In this document: piece after piece, positions 21,976 to 32,857 of the stretch | Layout: each line of letters starts with the position of its first letter | Numbering within the stretch: position 1 is the stretch's first letter | Assembly (NCBI GenBank): GCA_963737155.1 | Contig: CAVTRN010000002.1 | Coordinates: 448,001 to 512,000 of the forward strand | Reading direction: 5' to 3' | Length of the DNA: 64,000 nucleotides | From: Nitrospirota bacterium | Lineage (GTDB): Bacteria > Nitrospirota > UBA9217 | Notes under the pieces: model-generated | The model's input: the letters and a program-made list of their open reading frames with translations, nothing else | What the model was told of the DNA's origin: nothing | The model's database searches: none | Program-made: the position numbers and the translations under genes

Positions 21976-22566
21976 AAATGAAGCAAGCTATTTTTTGTGG
22001 AATGGGGAGTGGAGCATCTGATCATTTTAATGTCGCGGGCATTCACTTGTTGCGTTAATAGCAATCATTAATGTTTTCTCCTTATTCCCGCTAGCCTAAA
22101 CAGGCCTGAGCCAAACAGCCAGATGGCGGCTGGGATCGGCGTCGAAAATACATCAGAAAGTATATTGACGAGGACGGTTTTTTACCGTCCTCATAGTTTT
22201 TGATATCACGAGCGTGGTATTCTTGTAATCTCCCTCTCGAAGGGGGCGATATCTCTGGTGTGATGAGCTACACCAGTTGGATCGCATGTTTCTCCAAAAC
22301 GATGGAAAGTGGGATTCTACCATTGCCATAAATAATGTCCATATGGTTACTGGCTACTAATGCGGATTGCCAATTGTATGACGATGGTGTTAATTCAGCA
22401 TCACCACAATCACGCGACTTTAACAGATAATTCTTAAATAAACTCGACAGTGATCTTAGAAGGGTTGTCAACTTGAGGTTTTGAGTAGAAACTCACAAGC
22501 GCCAGGATGTATTGCCGTCTTATTTAATGGTATAAAAAATAAAGATATGAATTGGAATAAAGTGAC

Positions 22567-23040
22567 CTAAAATGGCTTAAAAACCATCCAGTAAACATTA
22601 ATCATGGGTAGAATTGTGGCGATTATTCCAAAAACGGTCCAAAGCCGGCCGAGGCGCCAGTACATTCGCGGGATATCGCTTCCTTCGGTAAAAGCTTTGG
22701 CGATACGTGCCAGTTTAATCTGAATTGGTATAAGGATGAGCACCCAGATTATTCCTGATATAATGAACAACCAAAGTCCCCACCCAAGCCAACGTACGTT
22801 CCAATAATCCATGTTGAGACGACGGGCATTTAAAATTCCAGTAATGAAAATTAACAGTACTCCACCTGTAGTGAAAACGATGTCAGTCAATGTAACTTGC
22901 CGCTGTGCATAGGCTATCAGCATGGACTGCTTTGTTCGATCGGCCATGGTTTTCCACCATCCGGTGATAATGATATTACCGAGGAAAATTACAACTCCTA
23001 AAATATGAAGACTTTTTAGAAGGAGATATGTGTTAGTCAT
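22567..23040 (-). CDS. DUF2269-family membrane protein
   Basis: LKSLHILG start, four TM helices and MVFKP end. Confidence 0.82.
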   Translation of the reverse strand: MTNTYLLLKSLHILGVVIFLGNIIITGWWKTMADRTKQSMLIAYAQRQVTLTDIVFTTGGVLLIFITGILNARRLNMDYWNVRWLGWGLWLFIISGIIWVLILIPIQIKLARIAKAFTEGSDIPRMYWRLGRLWTVFGIIATILPMINVYWMVFKPF

Positions 23041-23343
23041 TCAAGCATTTTCCCTTTTAAAAAAATGTTAAATAATGATCATGGCCCAAGTTCTAATTCA
23101 GGCTTGCTACTTGTACTCTGCGGAACCTATTAACTCAACTGCTTCACATTCCAGGCAGAACAGTTGACTAAAAAATGCGAGCGGAATTATTCATTTTTTC
23201 ATGAATTCCGCGTCTCCCAGCCACACCTACAACTGTGTAGTTTTTAAACTTCAAACTGTCCTCAGATTCTCGAAGAAACTTGCCGATCAAACGTTCGTTT
23301 GCCCCTTACGGGGACGACATGATTTTCAGAAGGTAAATTTCTA

Positions 23344-23898
23344 TTAAGGTATTTGGATAAACTTTAATGCCACGCCGATAAGTGCGGCCTGCTCTTTGCT
23401 CATCTCGCCCAAGCTATCACGTCGTTCTGTCATGCGTCGGAAGCGAGTGAAATCTGTAGGCAAACCCTCTGTGTCGACGAGATAAGCAATTTTTTGGATG
23501 ATCACCCTGATGTCTTCCGGATGTTTTATCCGGCCTTTGATCTTTGGAAAATATTTCACCTTCATCCGAGCTCTGGCGCTATCGAATTCGACATCTGTCA
23601 CTCGGTGCATCGCGAGGATAACGTAATCGCCGAGTGATTGCCAAAAGATTTCATCGTGATCTTTCCAAGACGGAAGGTAAAAGCGCAATAAGGCAGGTTG
23701 CTTTTTCCCGTTTGGCGTTATGTTCTTATAAAGAACGACTGGAAAACTATCTATCTCCTTATGATCGATCTTTTCTAGCTTCTCAAACAGATTTATTCTT
23801 TGCTGTTTGCGAAAAAGTTTATCGATCTGATCTAAAACGCCGCCCTGTCCAAGACCGTCCTGAACTTTCTCGAGTACTGTTGTTAATGAGTTTGACAT
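23344..23898 (-). CDS. Hypothetical protein (184 aa)
   Basis: RBS AGGAG before ATG 23898; protein-like composition; no family recognised. Confidence 0.6.
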   Translation of the reverse strand: MSNSLTTVLEKVQDGLGQGGVLDQIDKLFRKQQRINLFEKLEKIDHKEIDSFPVVLYKNITPNGKKQPALLRFYLPSWKDHDEIFWQSLGDYVILAMHRVTDVEFDSARARMKVKYFPKIKGRIKHPEDIRVIIQKIAYLVDTEGLPTDFTRFRRMTERRDSLGEMSKEQAALIGVALKFIQIP

Positions 23899-25051
23899 TG
23901 TCTGACTCCTTAATATTATTCTAAACTGTAGCAAACCGCCTAGCTGTCAGATGGAGATCATTGTTAGTACGGCCGGGAAACGCTCTCCATGCAGTCTTTG
24001 CGCCATTAAAAATCACTTGACCGCCAGTTTTGACATTCGTTGCATATATTTCTATTGCTACTTCCCAATTCCAACAAACCACTCTGAGACCTTTCTTACT
24101 ATCTTATCATAAGCACATGTAATAGTAGTGCGACAGTCATTAAATCCCTACTCGGAAGTCACGTTGGAATAGTGACATTATGTTTAATTTGTTAGCCGGC
24201 TTAAAGAAGATCTAACTACTGAGAATTGCAACTTGTAAATTAAAGTGTTTCAAAAGATGATATACATAATATATGCAGGGAGCATTCAATGCTGCAATTA
24301 TGAAGGTATTTCACCATCTTTCAACCTCATTTATTGCCAGGGACCTCTCTGCTTTATAATTGAATTACGAGATCCTCACCATACTCTGTTGATCAGGAAC
24401 CTACCTTAATTTTATTGCTTTACTCGCGTGTTGTATACCTGCCGGTGAAATAGGCCGCTCAAAAAAGAACAAAAGATAGTCAAGTTCCAAGGGGGATGTT
24501 CGTGAACAAGGTGTAACTCTTCTCGAACACAGGTGCCACAATGAAAAGATCCATCCCCGCGACAACTACAGGAAAACCACTACCGTTTTCAATGGGCTTG
24601 CGAGGGGGGAAAATAATTAAAGTAAAATGGCGATATCGGCGCGAAGCCAACGGGCGCTCCGACTGCGTGAGTAACGAGAGTTGTCGTCGTAGAAAGGTGT
24701 TGATGGCCGACACTACGAGCAATCCGCAGTATGTCCAGCCTGCAAGTGCGTGAGCAAAGACAACAGACGTCGTAGACAGGCTTCACCCAGACAAAAATAA
24801 CTTGACATTACCAAAATAATTTGGTAAGATCGCAGATATGGATGGGTAACGGGTATGAGAGACTTACTCATAGGTGTCTCATACTGTAAAAGATAAAAAT
24901 ATTCATACTTGTCTAATCGTGCCAAACTTAATAAATCAAAGAGGATGAGAGGAGGTTACAACTGAAGGATATTGTCGTCGTATTAAGTGAATTATTAAAA
25001 ACAAGGAAACTATATTTATCTTAATCACATTCAAGTATTCCGCTGTTAATC

Positions 25052-25140
25052 GCCACGTACTTTTGGCAAACCCGGTGAAAATCGGTGACGCAAAGCTATA
25101 GGGGCTTCGGTTTAAAACCATGCTAGCCAGCTGCCAGACA
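25052..25140 (+). promoter_or_regulatory. Cyclic di-GMP-I (GEMM) riboswitch
   Basis: GGCAAACCCGGT-GAAA-ATCGGTGACGCAAAGCTATAGGGGCT...TGCTAGCCAGCTGCC, about 60 nt upstream of ATG 25201. Confidence 0.92.
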
Positions 25141-25200
25141 TGAATGTCTATTCTTTCCGTCGCCATTTTTGCCTTACTTCAGCACTCACAAGGAGGCAAA

Positions 25201-26502
25201 ATGAAAACATTCGATTCCAAATTTAATATTTTTCTTTCTTTTTTGATGATGTTTGTTCTAGCTGCATGTGGCGGAGCCGCGTCGGAAAATACTGCAACAT
25301 CTGGCGTTAGCGAAAATTCCGCAGCGGACCAGATTATCGCGACTCCGACATCTCACTCAGTCCCACTGAAGGAAATGGATTGTGAAGCTGTTCGTCCGCT
25401 GCAAGGAACCGGTATCGGCGGTACCCTTAGCCCGGCTGATCTTCGAACGCACTACAATCTCCCGGCAACAACAAAGTTAAATGGAACGAACCAGACGATC
25501 GCCATTGTCGATGCGCCTGGATCTTCGACGATTGCCACCGATCTCAACGCATTTAGCTCATACTATAAATTGCCTGTTTGCAACACCAGCAATCCGTGTT
25601 TTGAGGAAATAAATCAGAGCAATGGTGCTACAAACAGCGGCTGGGCTGTTGAAATCAGCCTGGACGTAGAGTGGGCACATGCCATCGCGCCGAATGCAAA
25701 GATACTGCTGGTAATAGCTAAGAGTTCATCGTTTTCCGACATGATGACTGCTGTAAACACAGCGGCAAGCGAACCCGGCGTGGTGGCTGTAACTATGAGT
25801 TGGGGAACTGCTGAATTTATTACGGAAACCGCTACGGCATATGATGCTATATTTCAGAAATATCAGGCAAAAGGTATAACATTTATAGCCTCCTCTGGCG
25901 ATGCTGGTGACAATGGTACAAATCAGTCATGGCCGGCAGCGTCTCCTTACGTGACCACTGTAGGCGGGACATCCATCAAAAGCTTGCTGGCGTCTTCTGC
26001 CCCAACGCCGGCCACAGAGGTAGTTTGGATTGATAGTGGCGGTGGCGCAAGTATGTATGAAACGATGCCAAATTACCAGAAAGCGTACCTAGCCGGGACG
26101 ACAGTACTTTCTGAGAGTAATGGCAAGCGTGTTTATCCAGATGTTGCTTATGATGCTGATCCGAACGCCAGTCCGGTAGGTGTATATTCCAATGGCGATT
26201 GGTATGCCGTTGGCGGGACAAGTGCGGGCTGTCCACAATGGGGAGCAATTATGGCTTTGGTTGCCAATTACCGCGTTGTGGCTGGCAAAACCACGCTACA
26301 AAGTTTGGTCGAAAATACTGCTGGCGGGTTTAATGGGGTAATCTATCAAGTCAAGCTTGAATCGACCAGTTTTTTCGAAATCACAGAAGGGTCTGACGAT
26401 ACTTCGTCCAGACCGTGCGCGTTATGCACGGCTTCCGATGGATATGATGCATCAACTGGTTTGGGTGTCCCCAATGTCACCAAATTGCTCAGTTTTTTTT
26501 GA
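25201..26502 (+). CDS. S53 (sedolisin/kumamolisin) peptidase, lipoprotein
   Basis: Lipobox LAAC; EISLD, SSGDAG and GGTSAGCP catalytic motifs; GYDASTGLG; RBS GGAGG. Confidence 0.9.
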   Translation: MKTFDSKFNIFLSFLMMFVLAACGGAASENTATSGVSENSAADQIIATPTSHSVPLKEMDCEAVRPLQGTGIGGTLSPADLRTHYNLPATTKLNGTNQTIAIVDAPGSSTIATDLNAFSSYYKLPVCNTSNPCFEEINQSNGATNSGWAVEISLDVEWAHAIAPNAKILLVIAKSSSFSDMMTAVNTAASEPGVVAVTMSWGTAEFITETATAYDAIFQKYQAKGITFIASSGDAGDNGTNQSWPAASPYVTTVGGTSIKSLLASSAPTPATEVVWIDSGGGASMYETMPNYQKAYLAGTTVLSESNGKRVYPDVAYDADPNASPVGVYSNGDWYAVGGTSAGCPQWGAIMALVANYRVVAGKTTLQSLVENTAGGFNGVIYQVKLESTSFFEITEGSDDTSSRPCALCTASDGYDASTGLGVPNVTKLLSFF

Positions 26503-27007
26503 GGTTAACAATGCATCATGGGAGCAGGCAGAGATAGAATGGTTTTCATTGGCTACGTGACTGCGCCTGTTTCTTTATAATAAATCGGAGGTGCCGTTAT
26601 GCATAAAGCCCTCAATTCCAAAGCACTCCTGATAGTGCCAACCAGACGTAGAGCCGAAGCAGGTCAATATTTTCGGTTCGATTCGGAATGTTGAAGCGCA
26701 TCGTTATGGAGAAGACTAAAGTTCCGCTGACGATCAAGGGGATCGCCCTATTTGCCGCCGGTGGTGGACGCGTCACAATGACGGCGGTGACATCAATTCA
26801 GGCGTGCCGCCGTTTCCGGACAGCGTTTTCGGTACCGTCAAGTTAAATAGGACTCCGCTTGACGGCGCTTCCAACACAGTCTTCGACACCTGTACTAACT
26901 CTATATGCCGCGTAACGACAACCGATGCGTACATTAACTACACTTATACCGGCATGCAGACCTCGGACATTCGAGCGCTTTCTTCTTGCGGAGCCAGCTA
27001 GTTCAGG

Positions 27008-27349
27008 TTAAACTTTCTTCGCGAGGTATGCATCCATGACCCTGGCCGAATATACCAGGGCCGCTCCGGCGTTCACGGCGATTGCAACCCCGAGCGCTTC
27101 CATGATCTCTTCCCGCGTGGCCCCATTCTTAATTGCGGCATCCGTATGCGTGACGATGCAGCCGTCGCACTGGCGGGTAACACCTACCGCCAGCGCAATC
27201 AGTTCGCGGGTTTTGGGATCGAGTTTCCCGAGTTTCGCAGGAGCGCTGCTGAGGTCGCGATACCCCCGGACCGTATCAGGATTGATCCTACCGATGTCTG
27301 CTATAGTGGCAGCGAGTTGTTTATGATAATCATTCCAATCAAGCATCAT
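27008..27349 (-). CDS. Carboxymuconolactone decarboxylase / AhpD-like protein
   Basis: LDPKTRELIALAV..QCDGCIVTH..GATREEI. Confidence 0.9.
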   Translation of the reverse strand: MMLDWNDYHKQLAATIADIGRINPDTVRGYRDLSSAPAKLGKLDPKTRELIALAVGVTRQCDGCIVTHTDAAIKNGATREEIMEALGVAIAVNAGAALVYSARVMDAYLAKKV

Positions 27350-27570
27350 GGTCTGGTCCTCCCTTGTGCGTGGGGCATCCGAAATATAATAGGTAATCTA
27401 TCTGTGTCACCCTGCTACTTGTTGATGAATCTTAATTGAATCTTGCACCGCGTTCCTCATTGCCTGTATATGTAAAGATCAGGAAGAAGACACGAGAGCA
27501 TGTGAGCAAGCGAATTAAAAATGCGCGTATTTGTAAAATCCCAGCCGTATAATATTTAGCTCATCTATGT

Positions 27571-28347
27571 TCATTCTATGGGGAATGAGACTCCGGACAA
27601 GCGAGCACATTCTGAAAGATATCTATCCTGCGTAGCGGCATCTGATGCTGACGGGTGAAAATTCCGATGTTTATGATGATAAAAATATTTTCCTGAGACC
27701 AAAGCTTCCCTTTCCTGGCTAGTAGCCAGCCAAACCTGTGTTTTAGGTGCTTCTTCTAGGCTATCGGGTGCGCCCGGTCCACCCATCTTAGTGGCCACCC
27801 AGCCAGGTTCCAGTGCATTGGATAATACGTTGGGCCATTTACGAGCAACAGCAAAGGCAAGGATGACATTATGTAATTTAGAATCGGCGTAGGCGCTGGA
27901 TCCATCCCAAGGCCTGGTGTTCCAGGTCAAATCTTTCAAAGTGGGGTCGCCACTTCGATGCATGCCTGAACTAATATATACTAACCGGTTTGGTTTTTTG
28001 ATAAGGCATGTCAGAATGTATGGGGCTAATGAATTTATGGCAAAAACATGCGGTAAACCATCAATAGTCTGGATGCGATTTGTTTCACGATAGCCAACAC
28101 CTGCATTATGGATAATGGCTTCAAATAGGCCTAGCTCATTTACCTGCTCCGCAACGTGTTTCGTTTCAGCAATACTGGCAAGATCACCAAATACGGCGGT
28201 TTCAGCTCTGGGAACACTGGATAATGCTTCTTTAGCCCGAATTTGATTACGGGCATGTAATACTACCTGGTGGTCATTTGCAACCAGTAATCGAGCAGCC
28301 ATTAGACCTAGTCCATCGGCCGAGCCAGTAATAAATATCTTTGCCAT
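27571..28347 (-). CDS. Short-chain dehydrogenase/reductase
   Basis: TGSADGLG, HNAG and YADSK. Confidence 0.9.
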   Translation of the reverse strand: MAKIFITGSADGLGLMAARLLVANDHQVVLHARNQIRAKEALSSVPRAETAVFGDLASIAETKHVAEQVNELGLFEAIIHNAGVGYRETNRIQTIDGLPHVFAINSLAPYILTCLIKKPNRLVYISSGMHRSGDPTLKDLTWNTRPWDGSSAYADSKLHNVILAFAVARKWPNVLSNALEPGWVATKMGGPGAPDSLEEAPKTQVWLATSQEREALVSGKYFYHHKHRNFHPSASDAATQDRYLSECARLSGVSFPIE

Positions 28348-28406
28348 AAGAATCCCGTGTTATTTAGATAACGAAGGTTCATTAATAACAAAATGCAATA
28401 ATCAAT

Positions 28407-28814
28407 TTATTTTCCTTCAATCGGGTATCTTGCCTTTTCCCATTCTATCCAACCGCCCTTCAGTGCATAAACGCTAGGATGGCCCATCTCTATAAGTTGG
28501 AGTGCCACACGGGCACTAGTTCCCTCGTCATGTCAAGCGCAGTACAGAACAATCGTTTTCTTTTTAATGTATTTCTTGGCCCATGATGCGACATTCTGTG
28601 GATCTTCCCTAACCGCACCTCTGATCTTGGAGTTGCTCTTTCCCCAATCGTGTTCTGTTCGAACATCTATAATGACGATATCTTTGTCGCTAAATCGCAT
28701 CCTGAGTTCCTCTTTTGACATTCTTGGAGCATCAGACGGTGCGACTGCGAAAGTCAAAAGCGAGCTAAATAATATTAGGATCATAAAAAGACCAAATATG
28801 AATTTTTTAATCAT
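28407..28814 (-). CDS. Exported rhodanese-domain selenoprotein (C-A-U)
   Basis: In-frame TGA at 28533-28535 after IVLYCA; readthrough gives HDEGTSARVALQLIEMGHPSVYALKGGWIEWEKARYPIEGK*, completing the rhodanese fold; SECIS-like hairpin follows. Confidence 0.88.
28499..28532 (-). promoter_or_regulatory. Putative SECIS of the rhodanese gene
   Basis: AGUGCC-CGUGU-GGCACU hairpin whose loop begins 22 nt after the UGA, with G at loop position 2. Confidence 0.72.
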
Positions 28815-29691
28815 GCATGCCTCCTTTGAATGTTCCCAGAATACCCAATTCCGGGAATCCATCACATATTGAACATGAAACATGACACACAGTATTTCAT
28901 GTCATAGATGAATAAAGCGAGAAGTTTTGTTGCTCAATAGGGAAAAGTATAACCGAATTTCTCTGCAAGATAAAGCAGAAAAGAAGGGCATTCTAGCATA
29001 CGCAGATTTCATAGAGCATTGAGCACAAAAAGTTCCAACTGACAATCTTCACTTCTTGGGATTGCTAACGCCTTTCGACCAACACGTACTGTTTAGGCTT
29101 CTTTCTGCAAAAAGGCAAGAAGCAGACAAAAGCCTAAACATTGTTAAAAAGGATGCTAATACCTCCTGTAATTTGCAACGTCCAATGTGGGCGGGTTACA
29201 GAGGCAAAAAGGAGGAACTTTGCCATCAGAAAATATGCAAAAAAATAAAAGGGTCAAATTGCACTATCGTTTCAAATTTTTTTGCAAAACGTTTATCAGT
29301 TGTCGCACGTAAAAACATTATGATAGATAATACTTTCTATATATATTTTCAATCCTTTTTTATCGTTTTATTAATATTGACACCTATGTATGTATAATCT
29401 ATTCTATAAATATATTACTACTTAATTTACTTCCACCATCCCGTGCTGTGACAGGGGAATATCATCGCGCAAGACGCAGGGGTGCGAGCTCAGAAGTTGC
29501 AGGTTGTTTCTTGCCTTCATGATGTCTCAGATTTCATACCGCAGATAAGCTGCGGCATTAATATGTTCTCGATCGACTAACGGAAGCGTCAGACATCTAA
29601 ATTGATTCAGGTACATTTGGATGAAGGATGCTTATTTGAAGTTTGGCTAAGGATTAAATAATCGAGACACCAAAGACGGGAAAACCCGATT

Positions 29692-32568
29692 ATGAGGGAC
29701 GATCAAAATATAAAACAGCAATCCATTGATGATCTGGGCGAGCTACGCCGGATGATCGCCGATGCGGAAAAGGCTCTGACTGAGGAGAAAAAGATCTCGG
29801 ATACGATGATAAATAGTCTGCCGGGGATTTTTTACCTTTTTGACGAACAGGGCAGATTCCTACGCTGGAACAGGAACCTTGAGCTTGTTTCAGGCTACTC
29901 AACGGCGGAAATATCAAGCATGCATCCCCTGGATTTTTTTGAGGGTGAAGACCGACGTATTGAAGAAGAACATATCCGCGAAGTATTCCAAAAAGGTCCA
30001 ACGACCTCGGAAGCGGAGATCGTTTCGAAAGATGGACATAGGACCCCCTTCTATTTTACCTGCAGAATGATCGCTGTCGGTGATAGAAGGTGCGCTATCG
30101 GAATGGGGATAGATATCGCCGAGCGGAGGAGGGCGGAAGAATCAGTCAGACTGCTTAACAACCAAAACGAACTTATCTTGAATTCGGCAGGGGAAGGGAT
30201 CTATGGTGTAGACCTAAACGGCAATTCGACGTTCATCAACCCTTCCGCGTCAAAGATGATCGGGTGGGAAGCTGGGGAACTGAGCGGTAAAAGGCAGCAT
30301 GATCTCATGCACCACTCGAAGCCGGACGGAACGCCTTATCCCAGTGAAGAGTGCCCGATCTACGCAGCGTTTAATGACGGAAGAGTCCATCACGTAACTG
30401 ACGAGGTATTTTGGAGAAAAGATGGCACGTGCTTTCCTGTCGAGTATACCAGCACCCCTATTATGGAGAACAACAGACTGGTCGGTGCAGTAGTCGTGTT
30501 CAGGGATGTGACGGAGCGAAAATACGTTGATGAGGAAATAAAGAAGAACTATGAAAGGCAGACTGTATTAAACTCCCTTCTGAACCTCTCGCTGCAGGAT
30601 GTGCCCCTCGAAGAGATGCTCAGGCGCGCACTTGAACTTATCCTTTCGATCCCTTGGCTCGTCGTTCAATCGAAGGGGCACATATCCATCGTCGAACATG
30701 ACCCCGGCATGCTCGTGTTGAAGGCCCAGAAAGGATACACCGAAGGATTGCACAAGACCTGTGCTGTCATCCCCTTCAGCAAATGTATCTGCGGCCGCGC
30801 GGCATTATCAAAAGAGATCGTCTTTGTCGACCGCGTTGATGAACGTCATGATATTTGCCACGACGGGATGACACCTCATGGCCACTATTGCGTCCCGATC
30901 ATATTCAGTGACAATGTAATTGGCGTGATAAATGTGGTTGTAAACGAAGGACACAAAAGCACTGACTGGGAGAAAGCATTGCTGTTGGCAGTTGCAAATA
31001 CCCTGGCGGGTATTATTGTTCGCAGGCGCGCGGAGGATTCCCTCCTGGAGAGCGAACGAAAATTACAGGCCATCACCGATGCAGCTTCCGATGCCATAGT
31101 TCTGATTGACGATGAAGAAAAGATTGTCTACTGGAACTCAACGGCGGGCAAGATGCTCGGCTATCAACACGAGGAGGTCGCGGGACAGAGTATCTCAGTC
31201 GTTATTCCACCAAGGTATCGGGAAGCACATGTCATAGCATTTCGCCGATTTGTTGAGACAGGGCAGGGAACATTACTGGGAAAGACGTATGAGGTCGCGG
31301 CACTCAAGAAAGATGGATCCGAAATCCCTGTTGAACTCTCTATTTCTGCTGTCCGACTAAAGGGCAGATGGCATTCCGCAGGAATCATCCGAGACATCTC
31401 AGACCGGAAAAGGCTCGAGCAGCAACTTCTGCAATCTCAGAAGATAGAGGCTGTTGGCCAGCTTGCCGGTGGGATCGCCCATGACTTCAATAATATTCTC
31501 TCGGCCATCGTCGGCTACGGAGACATTCTTCGCATAAAAATGAAGCCTGATGACCCGCTTCGCGTGAATGTCGAGCACGTGCTGGATGCTGCAAAACGGG
31601 CAAGTGACTTGACGGCAAGCCTTCTCGCCTTTAGCCGACAGCAGATTCTGCACATCCGACCTATCAATTTAACCATGGTTGTCCGGCAATTCGAACACCT
31701 CCTGAGAAGGGTTATCGGTGAAGACATTGAACTTAAGACAGTATTCAAACAGGACGCTGTGACGGTCAATGCAGATAGTAGTCAACTGGAGCAGGTGTTC
31801 ATGAACCTCGCGATCAATGCGCGGGATGCGATGCTGAATGGTGGCTCCTTTTTCATCGAGATAGGCACGGTTGAACTGGACGATGCCTTCATTCGGGCTC
31901 AGGGTTATGGCGAGCGGGGGCGGTATGCACTTGTGTCGGTAACAGATACGGGGATTGGGATAGATGAGACGACGCGGAAAAGAATCTTTGAACCATTTTT
32001 TACGACGAAGGAAGTGGGGAAAGGCTCGGGCCTCGGCTTATCGATTGTATACGGGATAATAAAGCAGCATCATGGCTACATCAATGTTTATAGTGAACCG
32101 GGAAAAGGGACAACGTTCAAGATATATCTTCCTCTGTGCGAAAGAGAGGCTGAAAGACGACCTTTGACTGCTGACAACCCACAAGAGAAATTACCAAGGG
32201 GGACGGAAACCGTGCTGGTCGCCGAGGATGATAAAACACTGCGGAAGCTATCCCATACGGTGCTCGAGGAGTTTGGTTATACAGTGATTGAAGCGGAGGA
32301 TGGGGCAGACGCCGTGAACAAGTTTATCATGCATAAAGACATCATCAAACTCGTTATCCTTGATATGATCATGCCAAAGAAGAACGGCCGAGAAGTTTAT
32401 CAAGAGATAAAAAAGGTACAGCCTGTGATAAAAGCACTTTTCGTAAGCGGATACTCGGCTGATAAGAGAATTTCCGAGGATCTCCTGGATAAAGGCATAG
32501 AATTTCTTATGAAACCGCTCTCACCGATGGTCCTACTAAAAAAAGTGAGAGATGTACTGGATTCATAA
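29692..32568 (+). CDS. Cytoplasmic hybrid histidine kinase (PAS-PAS-GAF-PAS-HisKA-HATPase-REC)
   Basis: Repeated PAS/PAC motifs, AGGIAHDFNN, FEPFFTTK, GSGLGL and a C-terminal receiver (ILDMIMP). Confidence 0.93.
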   Translation: MRDDQNIKQQSIDDLGELRRMIADAEKALTEEKKISDTMINSLPGIFYLFDEQGRFLRWNRNLELVSGYSTAEISSMHPLDFFEGEDRRIEEEHIREVFQKGPTTSEAEIVSKDGHRTPFYFTCRMIAVGDRRCAIGMGIDIAERRRAEESVRLLNNQNELILNSAGEGIYGVDLNGNSTFINPSASKMIGWEAGELSGKRQHDLMHHSKPDGTPYPSEECPIYAAFNDGRVHHVTDEVFWRKDGTCFPVEYTSTPIMENNRLVGAVVVFRDVTERKYVDEEIKKNYERQTVLNSLLNLSLQDVPLEEMLRRALELILSIPWLVVQSKGHISIVEHDPGMLVLKAQKGYTEGLHKTCAVIPFSKCICGRAALSKEIVFVDRVDERHDICHDGMTPHGHYCVPIIFSDNVIGVINVVVNEGHKSTDWEKALLLAVANTLAGIIVRRRAEDSLLESERKLQAITDAASDAIVLIDDEEKIVYWNSTAGKMLGYQHEEVAGQSISVVIPPRYREAHVIAFRRFVETGQGTLLGKTYEVAALKKDGSEIPVELSISAVRLKGRWHSAGIIRDISDRKRLEQQLLQSQKIEAVGQLAGGIAHDFNNILSAIVGYGDILRIKMKPDDPLRVNVEHVLDAAKRASDLTASLLAFSRQQILHIRPINLTMVVRQFEHLLRRVIGEDIELKTVFKQDAVTVNADSSQLEQVFMNLAINARDAMLNGGSFFIEIGTVELDDAFIRAQGYGERGRYALVSVTDTGIGIDETTRKRIFEPFFTTKEVGKGSGLGLSIVYGIIKQHHGYINVYSEPGKGTTFKIYLPLCEREAERRPLTADNPQEKLPRGTETVLVAEDDKTLRKLSHTVLEEFGYTVIEAEDGADAVNKFIMHKDIIKLVILDMIMPKKNGREVYQEIKKVQPVIKALFVSGYSADKRISEDLLDKGIEFLMKPLSPMVLLKKVRDVLDS

Positions 32569-32857
32569 TGAGTGTCGCATAGAGGGTGCCCGCAAGGGTT
32601 TTGCTATATATCTCTTTAGTCGGGTCATATTGAATGCTTGCGGTCGGTAGAATTACGACACTCTAGTCGAAGAACTATTCCAGTGAGATTGTTGGGGAAT
32701 TGTAGAACTGCCAGGAGAATAGCATTTCTGAAGGCGACACCGAAACACAGAACTCGGATGGATTCGCATCAGATAAATCGCGGTAATATAGCGAATGTGT
32801 TCATCTTCCCGCATGTAATATGCGCACTCAAAAAGATTAAAAGTGACCCGATAAATG

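Noticed and set aside
22170-22192. Hairpin GAGGACGGT..ACCGTCCTC
   Set aside because: Single copy between convergent genes; at most an ordinary terminator, not a repeat family.
25052-25140. cGAMP-sensing GEMM-Ib variant
   Set aside because: The discriminating position is G (GGCAAA), not A, so c-di-GMP is favoured.
26689-26750. KTKVPLTIKGI resembling an FMN-dependent alpha-hydroxy acid oxidase motif
   Set aside because: Too short, with no supporting flanking similarity.
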